Of a DNA stretch of 32,000 nucleotides, positions 1 through 8,009 are shown in pieces. Each line of letters opens with the position of its first letter. Position 1 is the stretch's first letter. This DNA comes from Thermodesulfobacterium commune DSM 2178 (lineage in GTDB: Bacteria; Desulfobacterota; Thermodesulfobacteria; Thermodesulfobacteriales; Thermodesulfobacteriaceae). Position numbers and translations under genes: made by a program. Under the pieces are notes generated by a model that ran no database searches, was not told where the DNA came from, and saw nothing but the letters and a program-made list of their open reading frames with translations. The stretch spans positions 300,001 through 332,000 of the forward strand of contig NZ_CP008796.1 in assembly GCF_000734015.1 (NCBI RefSeq), in the 5' to 3' direction.

Positions 1-75
1 AATCTAAGGAGTTAAGGGTTAAATATCAGGGGGTATTGATTAAAAAGTAGAAAGGAATGAGATTTAAAATTTATA

Positions 76-119
76 AAAGGGAAGAAGTTTAGAGTAACTT
101 CTTCCCTTTTATTTTTTTT
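76..119 (+). terminator. Rho-independent terminator for a + strand gene lying upstream of the window
   Basis: A perfect 14-bp inverted repeat, AAAGGGAAGAAGTT (76-89) and AACTTCTTCCCTTT (96-109), has a 6-nt loop and is followed by TTATTTTTTTT. Confidence 0.8.
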
Positions 120-140
120 AATCCATGATATATTCCCTGT

Positions 141-1538
141 ATGAATAAAGAGTTTAACGTTCCCAGGTTTTTAGTTTCTTCTCACAAGGGTGGTTCTGGT
201 AAAACGTTGTTAACCATTGGTCTCATCTATGTTTTTCGAGATTTAGGATTAAAGGTAGTAGGGTTTAAAAAAGGTCCTGACTACATCGATGCAGGTTGGT
301 TGTCTAAAGTCTCTGGAGTGGTCTGTAGAAATTTAGACCCTTTTTTATTTGAAGAAGAAGATGTTTTAAAGTCTTTTTATCAGGGAGCTAAACAAAGTGA
401 CCTTGTGATAATAGAAGGAAATAGGGGACTTTTTGACGGATTAGACGTTTATGGAAGTTATAGTACTGCTAAATTAGCTCAAGTTTTAAAAACTCCTGTA
501 GTTTTAGTGCTTGATTGTACCAAGGTTACCAGAAGTTTAGCCCCGTTGGTTAAAGGATTTTTAACCTTCGAACAAGGTGTGGAAATCAAGGGGGTTGTCT
601 TAAACAAGATAGCCAGACCTAGACACGAAGATATCATAAGAAAATCTATAGAGTATTATACAGGAGTAAAAGTTTTAGGAGCTTTACCTAAACTTAAAAA
701 TTTACCTCCTGAAAGACATTTAGGGTTGATTACCTCTTTTGAATATCAACAGGAACTCTTTTTGAATGAACTTTCTCAAGCGATTAAACAGAATTTTGAT
801 TTAGAAGGCTTCTTGACCATAGCTAAGGACGTCCCCCCTATTGAGTTCACCTTCTCACCTCAAGAATTACCAGAAAGTGAATTAAACGGGATTAAAATTG
901 GTGTTTTTTGGGACAAGGCTTTTCAATTTTATTATCCAGAAAATTTAGAGAGTTTTCAAAACCTTGGAGCAGAAATTAAATTGATAAATGCTTTTAAAGA
1001 TAAATCCCTTGAAGATATAGATGGGCTTTATTTAGGAGGTGGATTCCCTGAGGTTCAGGCAGAAGCTCTTTCCGAGAATAAAGACTTGATGAAGGAGGTG
1101 AAAGAGGCAGTTTTAGAAGGGATGCCAGTTTATGCTGAATGTGGTGGTTTGATGTATTTAGGAAAAAAGATAATTTGGAAAAACAGAGAATATCCGATGT
1201 CAGAAGTATTACCGATCACCTTTAAGGTAGAACCTACCCCTCAAGGACATGGTTACGTAATAGCTAAAGTAAAAGAAAAAAATCCTTATTTTGATGTAGG
1301 TCTCTCTATAAAAGGACATGAATTTCATTATTCAAAACCTGTAGATTTTGAACTTAATCAAGATGTTAAGTTCGTCTTTGACTTGGAAAAAGGAGTAGGG
1401 TTTAAAGAAAAAAAAGACGGTATTTTATTTAAAAATTTACTGGCAGCCTATACACATATTCATGTTTTTAGTGTAAAATGTTGGACAGAGAAGTTTTTAA
1501 AGAAAGCCAAAGAGTTTAACCTACAAAAATCATCATAA
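141..1538 (+). CDS. cbiA: Cobyrinate a,c-diamide synthase family amidotransferase (CbiA/CobB; the DsrN siroheme-amidase clade cannot be excluded)
   Basis: The 465-aa ORF has an N-terminal nucleotide-binding motif (SHKGGSGKT) and GPDYID. It also has C-terminal glutamine amidotransferase signatures AECGGLMYL (Cys nucleophile) and GHEFHYS, as in CobB/CbiA. Confidence 0.85.
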   Translation: MNKEFNVPRFLVSSHKGGSGKTLLTIGLIYVFRDLGLKVVGFKKGPDYIDAGWLSKVSGVVCRNLDPFLFEEEDVLKSFYQGAKQSDLVIIEGNRGLFDGLDVYGSYSTAKLAQVLKTPVVLVLDCTKVTRSLAPLVKGFLTFEQGVEIKGVVLNKIARPRHEDIIRKSIEYYTGVKVLGALPKLKNLPPERHLGLITSFEYQQELFLNELSQAIKQNFDLEGFLTIAKDVPPIEFTFSPQELPESELNGIKIGVFWDKAFQFYYPENLESFQNLGAEIKLINAFKDKSLEDIDGLYLGGGFPEVQAEALSENKDLMKEVKEAVLEGMPVYAECGGLMYLGKKIIWKNREYPMSEVLPITFKVEPTPQGHGYVIAKVKEKNPYFDVGLSIKGHEFHYSKPVDFELNQDVKFVFDLEKGVGFKEKKDGILFKNLLAAYTHIHVFSVKCWTEKFLKKAKEFNLQKSS

Positions 1539-1551
1539 AAGGAGGTGCGAC

Positions 1552-1740
1552 ATGTTTGAAATTACTGTGAATTATGACACCTGTGATGCTTGTGGCACCT
1601 GCATTGAATCTTGTCCTGCTCAGGTTTATGACAAAGGAGATGATGGGAAACCTGTCATTTCAAGAGCAGAGGATTGTCTTGGTTGCATGACCTGTGTGGA
1701 GGTATGTCCAACAGGTTCTATCACTGTTAAAGAAATTTAG
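1552..1740 (+). CDS. Small 2x[4Fe-4S] ferredoxin
   Basis: The 62-aa ORF carries two CxxCxxCxxxCP motifs (CDACGTCIESCP and CLGCMTCVEVCP). A strong SD (AGGAGGTG, 1540-1547) sits in the 13-nt gap after the amidase gene. Confidence 0.85.
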   Translation: MFEITVNYDTCDACGTCIESCPAQVYDKGDDGKPVISRAEDCLGCMTCVEVCPTGSITVKEI

Positions 1741-1753
1741 TGTTTTAGACTTT

Positions 1754-1786
1754 TTCCCTCTGAGGGCTTTAAAGCCCCAGAGGGAA
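1754..1786. terminator. Bidirectional hairpin shared by the convergent ferredoxin and coaD genes
   Basis: TTCCCTCTGAGGGC (1754-1767) pairs with GCCCCAGAGGGAA (1774-1786) with one bulged A, and both sides are T-rich. The coaD stop codon (1769-1771) lies in the loop. Confidence 0.6.
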
Positions 1787-2275
1787 CTTTTCTTTTAACT
1801 TTTCAAAAACTATCTTAGGAACTAAATCTTCTACTTTTCCACCCAATCTTGCAGCCTCCTTTACTATAGAAGAGCTTAAAAAGATCCATTTAAGGCTTGG
1901 TAAAAGGAAAATGGTGTCAATGCTGTTAGAAAGTTTCCTGTTCATTAAGGCTAATTGCATTTCATATTCAAAATCAGAAACTGCCCTTAGACCTCTGATA
2001 ATGGCACAAGCATTTTTAGTTTTAGCAAACTCTACCAACAATCCGGAAAAGGTTTCCACCTCTACTCGATGTCCTTCTGGAAGTTCTTTGACTGCTTCCT
2101 CTACCATCATTAACCTTTCTTCTATAGAAAATAGTGGTTTTTTGGCTGGATTTTCACCTATAGCCACAATTACCTTGTCAAAAAGTTTTAAAGCCCTGTT
2201 TATTATGTCTAAGTGTCCATTGGTGATAGGATCAAAAGTTCCAGGATAAATAACTACCTTAGGATAACTCATCAA
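1769..2275 (-). CDS. coaD: Phosphopantetheine adenylyltransferase
   Basis: The 168-aa ORF has the N-terminal YPGTFDPITNGHLDII motif (T/HxGH nucleotidyltransferase) and typical CoaD length. GGAGG lies 5 nt upstream of the ATG on the minus strand. Confidence 0.9.
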   Translation of the reverse strand: MMSYPKVVIYPGTFDPITNGHLDIINRALKLFDKVIVAIGENPAKKPLFSIEERLMMVEEAVKELPEGHRVEVETFSGLLVEFAKTKNACAIIRGLRAVSDFEYEMQLALMNRKLSNSIDTIFLLPSLKWIFLSSSIVKEAARLGGKVEDLVPKIVFEKLKEKFPLGL

Positions 2276-2309
2276 TGCCTCCTTTTTTTGACTTTCAGAT
2301 GTTTGGTGG

Positions 2310-3758
2310 TTATTCTTTAATTGGAATATAAAATATTTTGAGAACAGCTGAACCGTCCTTTTGACCTATTCCAAAAAGTCCTTCTAAGATTTCTACATAA
2401 CCTGTCTTCTCACCATCTACTATCCTTAAGATAGGGCCTATTTCCTGTACTTTTCTGTTTTTGTATCTTTCATATCTATAAAGCCCCCATAGCAGCTTAA
2501 ACATAACATATTCTTCTTTTTTGTAGTATTCCATCAGTTTTAAAAGTGGACCATAGTTTCTTTCTAACCCTTCGTCAAAAATAGGTAAAATTGCTGGAAA
2601 ATACCAGATTTTGACCTCTGGTGAACCCTGAGAAATGGTGTGAAAAAGAGGCCAAATTTTAACCTCTCTGGCAACCGTTTGGTTACCTTCCCATGTTTTT
2701 TGAGCTTTAGAGAGAATTAAGAAACGATGTATTTCTTCTCGATAGGTTTTCCCTTTATAAGAGATATAAGTTTTTTGATAGAAATAGAGAGGCCATAAAA
2801 CAAAAGAATCAAAGGTGTCTTCTTTTTTGACATAACCGTACAAAGGCCAAAAACGTTTACCCTCTATTTCTTTACCTTGAATTTTTCTGAAAAATGGCCA
2901 TGGTGCATCTAACTGATAGTATGAGTTGTCTGGGGTGGTGATTTTTTGGAAAAAAGGCCAAAGTATTATCTTTTTTTCAAAATCTTCGTTTTTTTCGCGA
3001 ATGTAAAAAGGAAAGATTATCAGTTTTTCTGAAGAATCTCCTTCTGAAGAATGAATAATTTCTTTTATGTAAAAAGGCCATAGGATAAATTTACGTTCCT
3101 GTTCCTCTTCTCTGAAGTTTCCATAAAAAGGCCAGATTTTAAATCCTTGGTAAAGAGATCGGTTTTGTTCTTGGTTAGCAGATATAGTTCTTACAAAGGG
3201 CCATAGGATGTTGTAGGCTGTATATTCTTCATATTTAGTTTTACTATAAAGAGGCCATAGAAAAAAAGTTATTTCATCAGCACCAAACCGATTTTTGATC
3301 TTTCCATAAAAAGGAAAAAAACCTCCATAGGTTTCGTTTGAAGAGGTTTTACCTGTAAAAAAAGGGAAAAAAGTAAATTGTGTTTCTTCAGGCTCTTCAG
3401 GAGAGTATTTATACCAAGTTTTGTTGATTATAGGAACTATTTTTAAGGTAGAACTTTGGGAATCAGACTGATAAATCCCTAAAGGAGATATAAAAAAGAT
3501 TTTTTTTGCTTCAGGAGTGACAACTTTAGAAGTAATAGGCCTTATAGAAGTAGCATTTTCTTTAGAAAAAGATGTTTTTTGATATAAGGGACCTAAGGCT
3601 TCAACCCTGGTGGAATTTAATTCATAATTTTGAGAAAAGAAAAAAATCGGCCAAAGATTAAACCGTTTTTCCTGTAAGTCTTCATAGGCATAGAGTGGAA
3701 AACATACAAAAATTAAGATAAATATTAAAAGGGTTGATATCTTTAATATTTTATACAT
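2310..3758 (-). CDS. Secreted/envelope repeat protein of unknown function (W-P-[FL]-[FY] repeats)
   Basis: The 482-aa ORF starts with a hydrophobic signal-like N-terminus (MYKILKISTLLIFILIFVCFPLYA/YE). This is followed by about 18-20 short aromatic/Pro repeats spaced roughly 18-20 aa apart. About 10 of them carry the full W-P-[FL]-[FY] motif, for example LWPIFFF, FLWPLYSK, ILWPFVR, KIWPFYGN, ILWPFYIK, ILWPFFQK, APWPFFRK, RFWPLYGY, VLWPLYFY and KIWPLFH. I recognise no named family. Confidence 0.75.
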   Translation of the reverse strand: MYKILKISTLLIFILIFVCFPLYAYEDLQEKRFNLWPIFFFSQNYELNSTRVEALGPLYQKTSFSKENATSIRPITSKVVTPEAKKIFFISPLGIYQSDSQSSTLKIVPIINKTWYKYSPEEPEETQFTFFPFFTGKTSSNETYGGFFPFYGKIKNRFGADEITFFLWPLYSKTKYEEYTAYNILWPFVRTISANQEQNRSLYQGFKIWPFYGNFREEEQERKFILWPFYIKEIIHSSEGDSSEKLIIFPFYIREKNEDFEKKIILWPFFQKITTPDNSYYQLDAPWPFFRKIQGKEIEGKRFWPLYGYVKKEDTFDSFVLWPLYFYQKTYISYKGKTYREEIHRFLILSKAQKTWEGNQTVAREVKIWPLFHTISQGSPEVKIWYFPAILPIFDEGLERNYGPLLKLMEYYKKEEYVMFKLLWGLYRYERYKNRKVQEIGPILRIVDGEKTGYVEILEGLFGIGQKDGSAVLKIFYIPIKE

Positions 3759-3856
3759 GATTTTAAAATTATAAAAAATTTTCGAGAAATGTCAATAATT
3801 TTTAGATAAAGCTATTTAATTTTGGTAAAATGCAATTTTTTGTTTTTTTTTTGTAT

Positions 3857-3885
3857 TTGACAAAATTTTTAACGTTAATTATTAA
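3857..3885 (+). promoter_or_regulatory. Candidate sigma-70-type promoter for the hemerythrin/sensor/dynamin cassette
   Basis: TTGACA (3857-3862), a 17-nt spacer and TATTAA (3880-3885) lie in the AT-rich divergent intergenic region, about 30 nt upstream of the hemerythrin start. Confidence 0.4.
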
Positions 3886-3917
3886 ATAATCTTTAGACAT
3901 CAATTGGAGGCAAAACT

Positions 3918-4316
3918 GTGCCGTTTTTAGAATGGAACGACAATTTTCTCACAGGTATTAAAGAGATTGATCAACAACATAAAAAGATGTTTAACATGGT
4001 TAATGCTTTATATGAGGCGGTAAGACTTAAGGTAGACAAAAAATTTCTGATAAACTCGATAAATACGCTTAATAACTATTTTGAAACCCATTTTAAATTT
4101 GAAGAAGAACTTTTAGAAAGGTATGGTTATCCTGAAATAGAGAAGCATAAAGAGGAACACGAAGGTTTTAAAAGATCTTTTAAAGAGTTAATCGACCAGG
4201 AAGAAGTTAATTTTTCTGAGGTTTTAAAACATTTGAAAAATTGGTGGGTTAGCCATCTTTTGGTTCATGATAAAAAATATGGAAATTTTTTAGCTGGAAA
4301 GATAAATAGTCAATAA
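3918..4316 (+). CDS. Bacteriohemerythrin (single-domain, O2/iron-binding four-helix bundle)
   Basis: The 132-aa ORF uses a GTG start 7 nt after GGAGG (3906-3910). The diiron ligand pattern is present: IDQQH, THFKFEE, HKEEH, WWVSHLLVHD. Confidence 0.85.
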   Translation: MPFLEWNDNFLTGIKEIDQQHKKMFNMVNALYEAVRLKVDKKFLINSINTLNNYFETHFKFEEELLERYGYPEIEKHKEEHEGFKRSFKELIDQEEVNFSEVLKHLKNWWVSHLLVHDKKYGNFLAGKINSQ

Positions 4317-4330
4317 AGGGGAGGTTTAAC

Positions 4331-5986
4331 ATGTCTTCTCAAGGTTGGTTCAGCAAATTAAATAAAAAGTTAGAGTTACATCAAAAGATTATACCCATTA
4401 TTGTAGTTTGTTTCTCTGTGTTGATAATTTTAACCATCATCGTTACTTCTTATGCTAACTATTTTTTTGGTTTAAAACACGCTAAACAGTCTTTAAAAGA
4501 AAAATATGAAATAGTATCTAATGCAATCATTAAACATGGACCACTTCTTGACAAAATGGTAGGAGATAAAAGACAAAACTATAAAATTATTAGAGAAGAA
4601 TTTTTAAGACAACAACCTAATATTAGAATTATAAGAAACGAAAAAATAGACGAGTTATATGGTAAGGAATCTCCTCAATATTATGCGAAAGATGAGTTAG
4701 AAAGAAAGGTCTTAAAAGAAGGAAATGAGGTAATAGTAAGAGAAGGTTTTGAGTTGAGAGGAGTTTTTCCGATTAAGCCTAACATAGAGTGTTTAAGATG
4801 TCATTATAATGTAGGAGAAAAAGAGGTAATAGGAGCTATAAGCATTGTTATTCCTGTAGAGTATATATTTTCTGAGACTAAACTGGTAACACTGGTTTAC
4901 ATATTTTTAGGTTTAGGAGGTATTTTAACTGCAGCATTAGCTGTTTATTTTACCTACATGAAAATAGCTCATCAACCTTTGGAATCTGTAGTAAAAGTTT
5001 TGGATAAAATAGCAGAGGGAGACCTTACGGTTGAAGTTCCAGCTGTTTTTAAAGAAAGAGAGGATATGATAGGAAGATTGTCTAAAGCAGTAGACAAAGT
5101 GTTAGAGTATATGAAAAACTTTACTTCCAAAATCCTTGACTATTCAGTAAAACTGGTAGACCAGGTGGATAATGTTTTTAGATTGGTAGACAGTGTTAAT
5201 GAGAAAATTAAGTTCCAGAATTTGCAGGTAGCACAGACTTCTATAATATCTGAGGATTTTGCTTTGACTGTGGGTTCTATTTCAAGGAACACCAGTGCTA
5301 TAAATAACATTGCTAAAGAAATGTTAGCCTATATAAAAAAGTTAAAAGAGGCAGAGGTTCAGGAACAATCAGAGATTTTGGTAAAGATATTTGGCTTGCT
5401 TGAAGGTTTGAATACTAAGGTATTAGAAATAGCAGAGGATTTAGACAAAGGTCTTAAAACTTCTGAAAGTATTAATGAGGCTTTTGAGGAGATTACCCAA
5501 GTTTCAAACGAGATCAGCCAACTCATGGATAAGATGAGCGAGAATGCTTATGAAACCTTGCTTATCTCTTCTTATATGAAAACCATAGCTTCCACAGTAA
5601 AAACCAAGAAGATGGAAGAGATGTTGTTTGAACTTTTTGAAAAGGATATAGACCGCTATATGTTACGTTTGCAGGCTCATATAAAAGGTATAGATAGACT
5701 TGACCCAGAGAGATGGGGAGATTATCAGGCCTTTCCTCTCGGAAAGTGGTATTATTCTGAAGAAGGTCAAAGTTTAAAAAAGATGATTCAAGATTTTGAT
5801 TTTGATGAATTTGAAAGTCTTTTGAAAAACCTTCATAATGTAGGTAAAGACCTTATTGTTGCTCACAATCAGGAAGATTCTATAAAGGTAGAAAAATTAC
5901 AGGTGCAGCTTAGAGGTATAGCAAGGAGGCTAAAGCTTCTTTTAGATGAGTTGAGAGAGCATTATTCTAAAATAAAAACTTTATAG
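4331..5986 (+). CDS. Transmembrane sensor: periplasmic CxxCH (heme c, DUF3365/Tll0287-like) domain, HAMP, degenerate MCP-like coiled coil and a CZB-like C-terminal domain
   Basis: The 551-aa ORF has two hydrophobic helices (about aa 19-43 and 184-208) flanking a ~140-aa domain. That domain contains C154-L-R-C-H158 (nt 4790-4804) followed by GAISIVIPV. A HAMP-like segment (AHQPLESVVKVLDKIAEGDLTVEVP) follows TM2. A long heptad-rich region lacks the conserved MCP tip. The C-terminus has H450...F-P-L-G-K-W...H502, resembling the chemoreceptor zinc-binding domain. Confidence 0.7.
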   Translation: MSSQGWFSKLNKKLELHQKIIPIIVVCFSVLIILTIIVTSYANYFFGLKHAKQSLKEKYEIVSNAIIKHGPLLDKMVGDKRQNYKIIREEFLRQQPNIRIIRNEKIDELYGKESPQYYAKDELERKVLKEGNEVIVREGFELRGVFPIKPNIECLRCHYNVGEKEVIGAISIVIPVEYIFSETKLVTLVYIFLGLGGILTAALAVYFTYMKIAHQPLESVVKVLDKIAEGDLTVEVPAVFKEREDMIGRLSKAVDKVLEYMKNFTSKILDYSVKLVDQVDNVFRLVDSVNEKIKFQNLQVAQTSIISEDFALTVGSISRNTSAINNIAKEMLAYIKKLKEAEVQEQSEILVKIFGLLEGLNTKVLEIAEDLDKGLKTSESINEAFEEITQVSNEISQLMDKMSENAYETLLISSYMKTIASTVKTKKMEEMLFELFEKDIDRYMLRLQAHIKGIDRLDPERWGDYQAFPLGKWYYSEEGQSLKKMIQDFDFDEFESLLKNLHNVGKDLIVAHNQEDSIKVEKLQVQLRGIARRLKLLLDELREHYSKIKTL

Positions 5987-6005
5987 AATAAAGAGGTAAT
6001 TAAAG

Positions 6006-8009
6006 ATGTCTACTCGTTTAGGTTTTACAGATTATAAATTTTATAAACAACAGGTTATAGAAGCTTTTGAAGTTTACAAGTCTTTAAGGGGAGAGGTTAA
6101 CGATGGAGTAGATCTTGAAAGTCTTTCTAAAAAGGTGCAAAACTTAAAGAACAGTCAATTTTTGGTGGCTGTAGCCGGTGAGGTAAAGGCAGGAAAGTCA
6201 AGTTTTATAAATAGTTTAATAAAAGAAGAGATACTTCCTACCGATGTTTTACAGGCTACCAGTGCACTTATCGAAATTTTTTATGCTAAAAAACCTTTTT
6301 TAAGAGTTACTTACGCCTCAGGTAGGGTAGAACTTTTTGAAGAAGAATCAAAAGAAATTTTTAGAGAGAGACTTAAGTCGATTGCCTCTATTCCTGAAGA
6401 ATACAGGGATATTCCGGTAACCTTGATAGATCTTTATATTTTAGAACACGATAAGGTTCCTCTGATAGACGATGATTTTATAAAGTACTTAGAAGAAAAG
6501 TCAGGAATGGAAAGACTTAAAGAGGTCAGGTATAAACTAGAACAATACGCTATGGATCGTAGTAAAGATAAAATCCCGATAAGGATAGAGCTTGGATATC
6601 CCTTTGATTGGGTTTTTGACGAGTTACGTTTTGTTGACATGCCAGGGGTTAACGCGGTAGGAGGAGTATATGACATTTCTTTTTCCTTTTTAGATAAAGC
6701 TAATGCTGTCCTTTTTATCCACCCTATTAAACCTGTAGAATCTGAGTCTTTTAAAAGGTTTGTTTCTTCGGTTATTACCAAAAAGAGTAAAGATGTATTG
6801 TTTTTAGTTTTAACCCATGCTGCGGTTTTTTATGAAGAAAAAGAGAGATTGTTAGATGAGGCTAAGCGTATTTATGGTTCTATCATACCTCCTGATAGGA
6901 TTTTTGCAGTAGATAGTATTCTAAAACTTATTTATGAAGAGCTAAATAAAGGGAAATCTTTAGCTGAAATAAAAAAAGATAAGAGTAAAAGAAAATGGGT
7001 AGTTTATTTTCAGGATTTGGCAGATGAAGAAGGTTTAGATGAAAAAGAAGCTTTTTTAGAGTTTTCTGGTTTTAAACAACTTCTTCCTAACCTTGAAAGA
7101 TTTTTGGTTGAAGCACCTTTTTCTATTTTAACAGAGGTTTTAGAGACTATTAAAGAGGGGTATAAAGAACAGATAAATCATTATCAAGAAACGATAACTT
7201 TACTTCAAAGTCAGAAAAAAGATCGAGAAGAGTTTTTAAGGGAGATAGAAAGACGACAGGAGGGTTTGAAGAAGTTAGAAGCTTACTGTTATTTAGTTTT
7301 GGAAGAAGCTATGACCATTTTTAGGGGGGTTCATTCTCCTATAGAGACTACTTTAAATGAGTTTAAGTTTAATTACTATGAACTTTTTTTAAAAAGTTCC
7401 GATTTAGAAGAATTGAGGAAGTATTATCGAGATGCTGAAAACGATTTAGACCAGATAGTGAGAGAAAACCTGCAAAAAATTACTGAATTTTTTAAAGAAA
7501 AGCTAAAACAAATAGGAGAACAGTTTAAAGAGGAATATAACATAAATTTACCCAAAATAGATTTTAAGGCCATAGAAGAGAGCTGTAAAAAGAGGGTGGT
7601 AAAAAGGGAAGAAATCGTAGAAGAAAGGATAGAAGAACTGTTTGAAAATTGGAATTTTCTTAAACCTTGGAAATGGTTTAAATCTGGGCGTATAAAAAGG
7701 ATGGTTGTAGGGACTAAAGAGGTATTAGATGAAAATATGTTTTTTAAGACTTTGAAAAACAGTCTGATAGAAAATTTTGTGGAAATCATCGAGAAATTGA
7801 GAGAAGAGTTTTACAATGCTTTTGATTTTTACAAAAAAAGGATTACGTTAATTTTAGAAGAAAAAAGAAGGGGTTTGGAAAAATTAAGACAAGAGTTAAA
7901 ATCAAACGAACTTATAGATTATGAAATTCTTATGTTAGAAAAGAATATTAGCTTGATCGAAGGTGAGCTTAAAAAAATCGATAATTTACAGAGTGCTCTT
8001 ATATGTTAA
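6006..8009 (+). CDS. Bacterial dynamin-like GTPase (BDLP family)
   Basis: The 667-aa ORF has G1/P-loop GEVKAGKS (aa 57-64, nt 6174-6197) in the context VAVAGEVKAGKSSFINSL. A conserved Thr region (PTDVLQATS) and G3 DMPG (aa 211-214) follow. The remaining ~400 aa are a K/E-rich helical stalk with no hydrophobic segment. Confidence 0.8.
   Translation: MSTRLGFTDYKFYKQQVIEAFEVYKSLRGEVNDGVDLESLSKKVQNLKNSQFLVAVAGEVKAGKSSFINSLIKEEILPTDVLQATSALIEIFYAKKPFLRVTYASGRVELFEEESKEIFRERLKSIASIPEEYRDIPVTLIDLYILEHDKVPLIDDDFIKYLEEKSGMERLKEVRYKLEQYAMDRSKDKIPIRIELGYPFDWVFDELRFVDMPGVNAVGGVYDISFSFLDKANAVLFIHPIKPVESESFKRFVSSVITKKSKDVLFLVLTHAAVFYEEKERLLDEAKRIYGSIIPPDRIFAVDSILKLIYEELNKGKSLAEIKKDKSKRKWVVYFQDLADEEGLDEKEAFLEFSGFKQLLPNLERFLVEAPFSILTEVLETIKEGYKEQINHYQETITLLQSQKKDREEFLREIERRQEGLKKLEAYCYLVLEEAMTIFRGVHSPIETTLNEFKFNYYELFLKSSDLEELRKYYRDAENDLDQIVRENLQKITEFFKEKLKQIGEQFKEEYNINLPKIDFKAIEESCKKRVVKREEIVEERIEELFENWNFLKPWKWFKSGRIKRMVVGTKEVLDENMFFKTLKNSLIENFVEIIEKLREEFYNAFDFYKKRITLILEEKRRGLEKLRQELKSNELIDYEILMLEKNISLIEGELKKIDNLQSALIC

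Noticed and set aside
1911-2249. 112-aa + strand ORF in the track
   Set aside because: It lies entirely antisense to the well-supported coaD gene. Its composition is Ser/Leu-rich and low in complexity, it has no SD, and it looks like a shadow ORF.
6434-7789. Two minus-strand ORFs (6434-6781 and 7424-7789) inside the dynamin-like gene
   Set aside because: Both are antisense shadow ORFs of a K/E-rich gene (complement codons give S/L/F-rich strings). They show no motifs or ribosome-binding sites.
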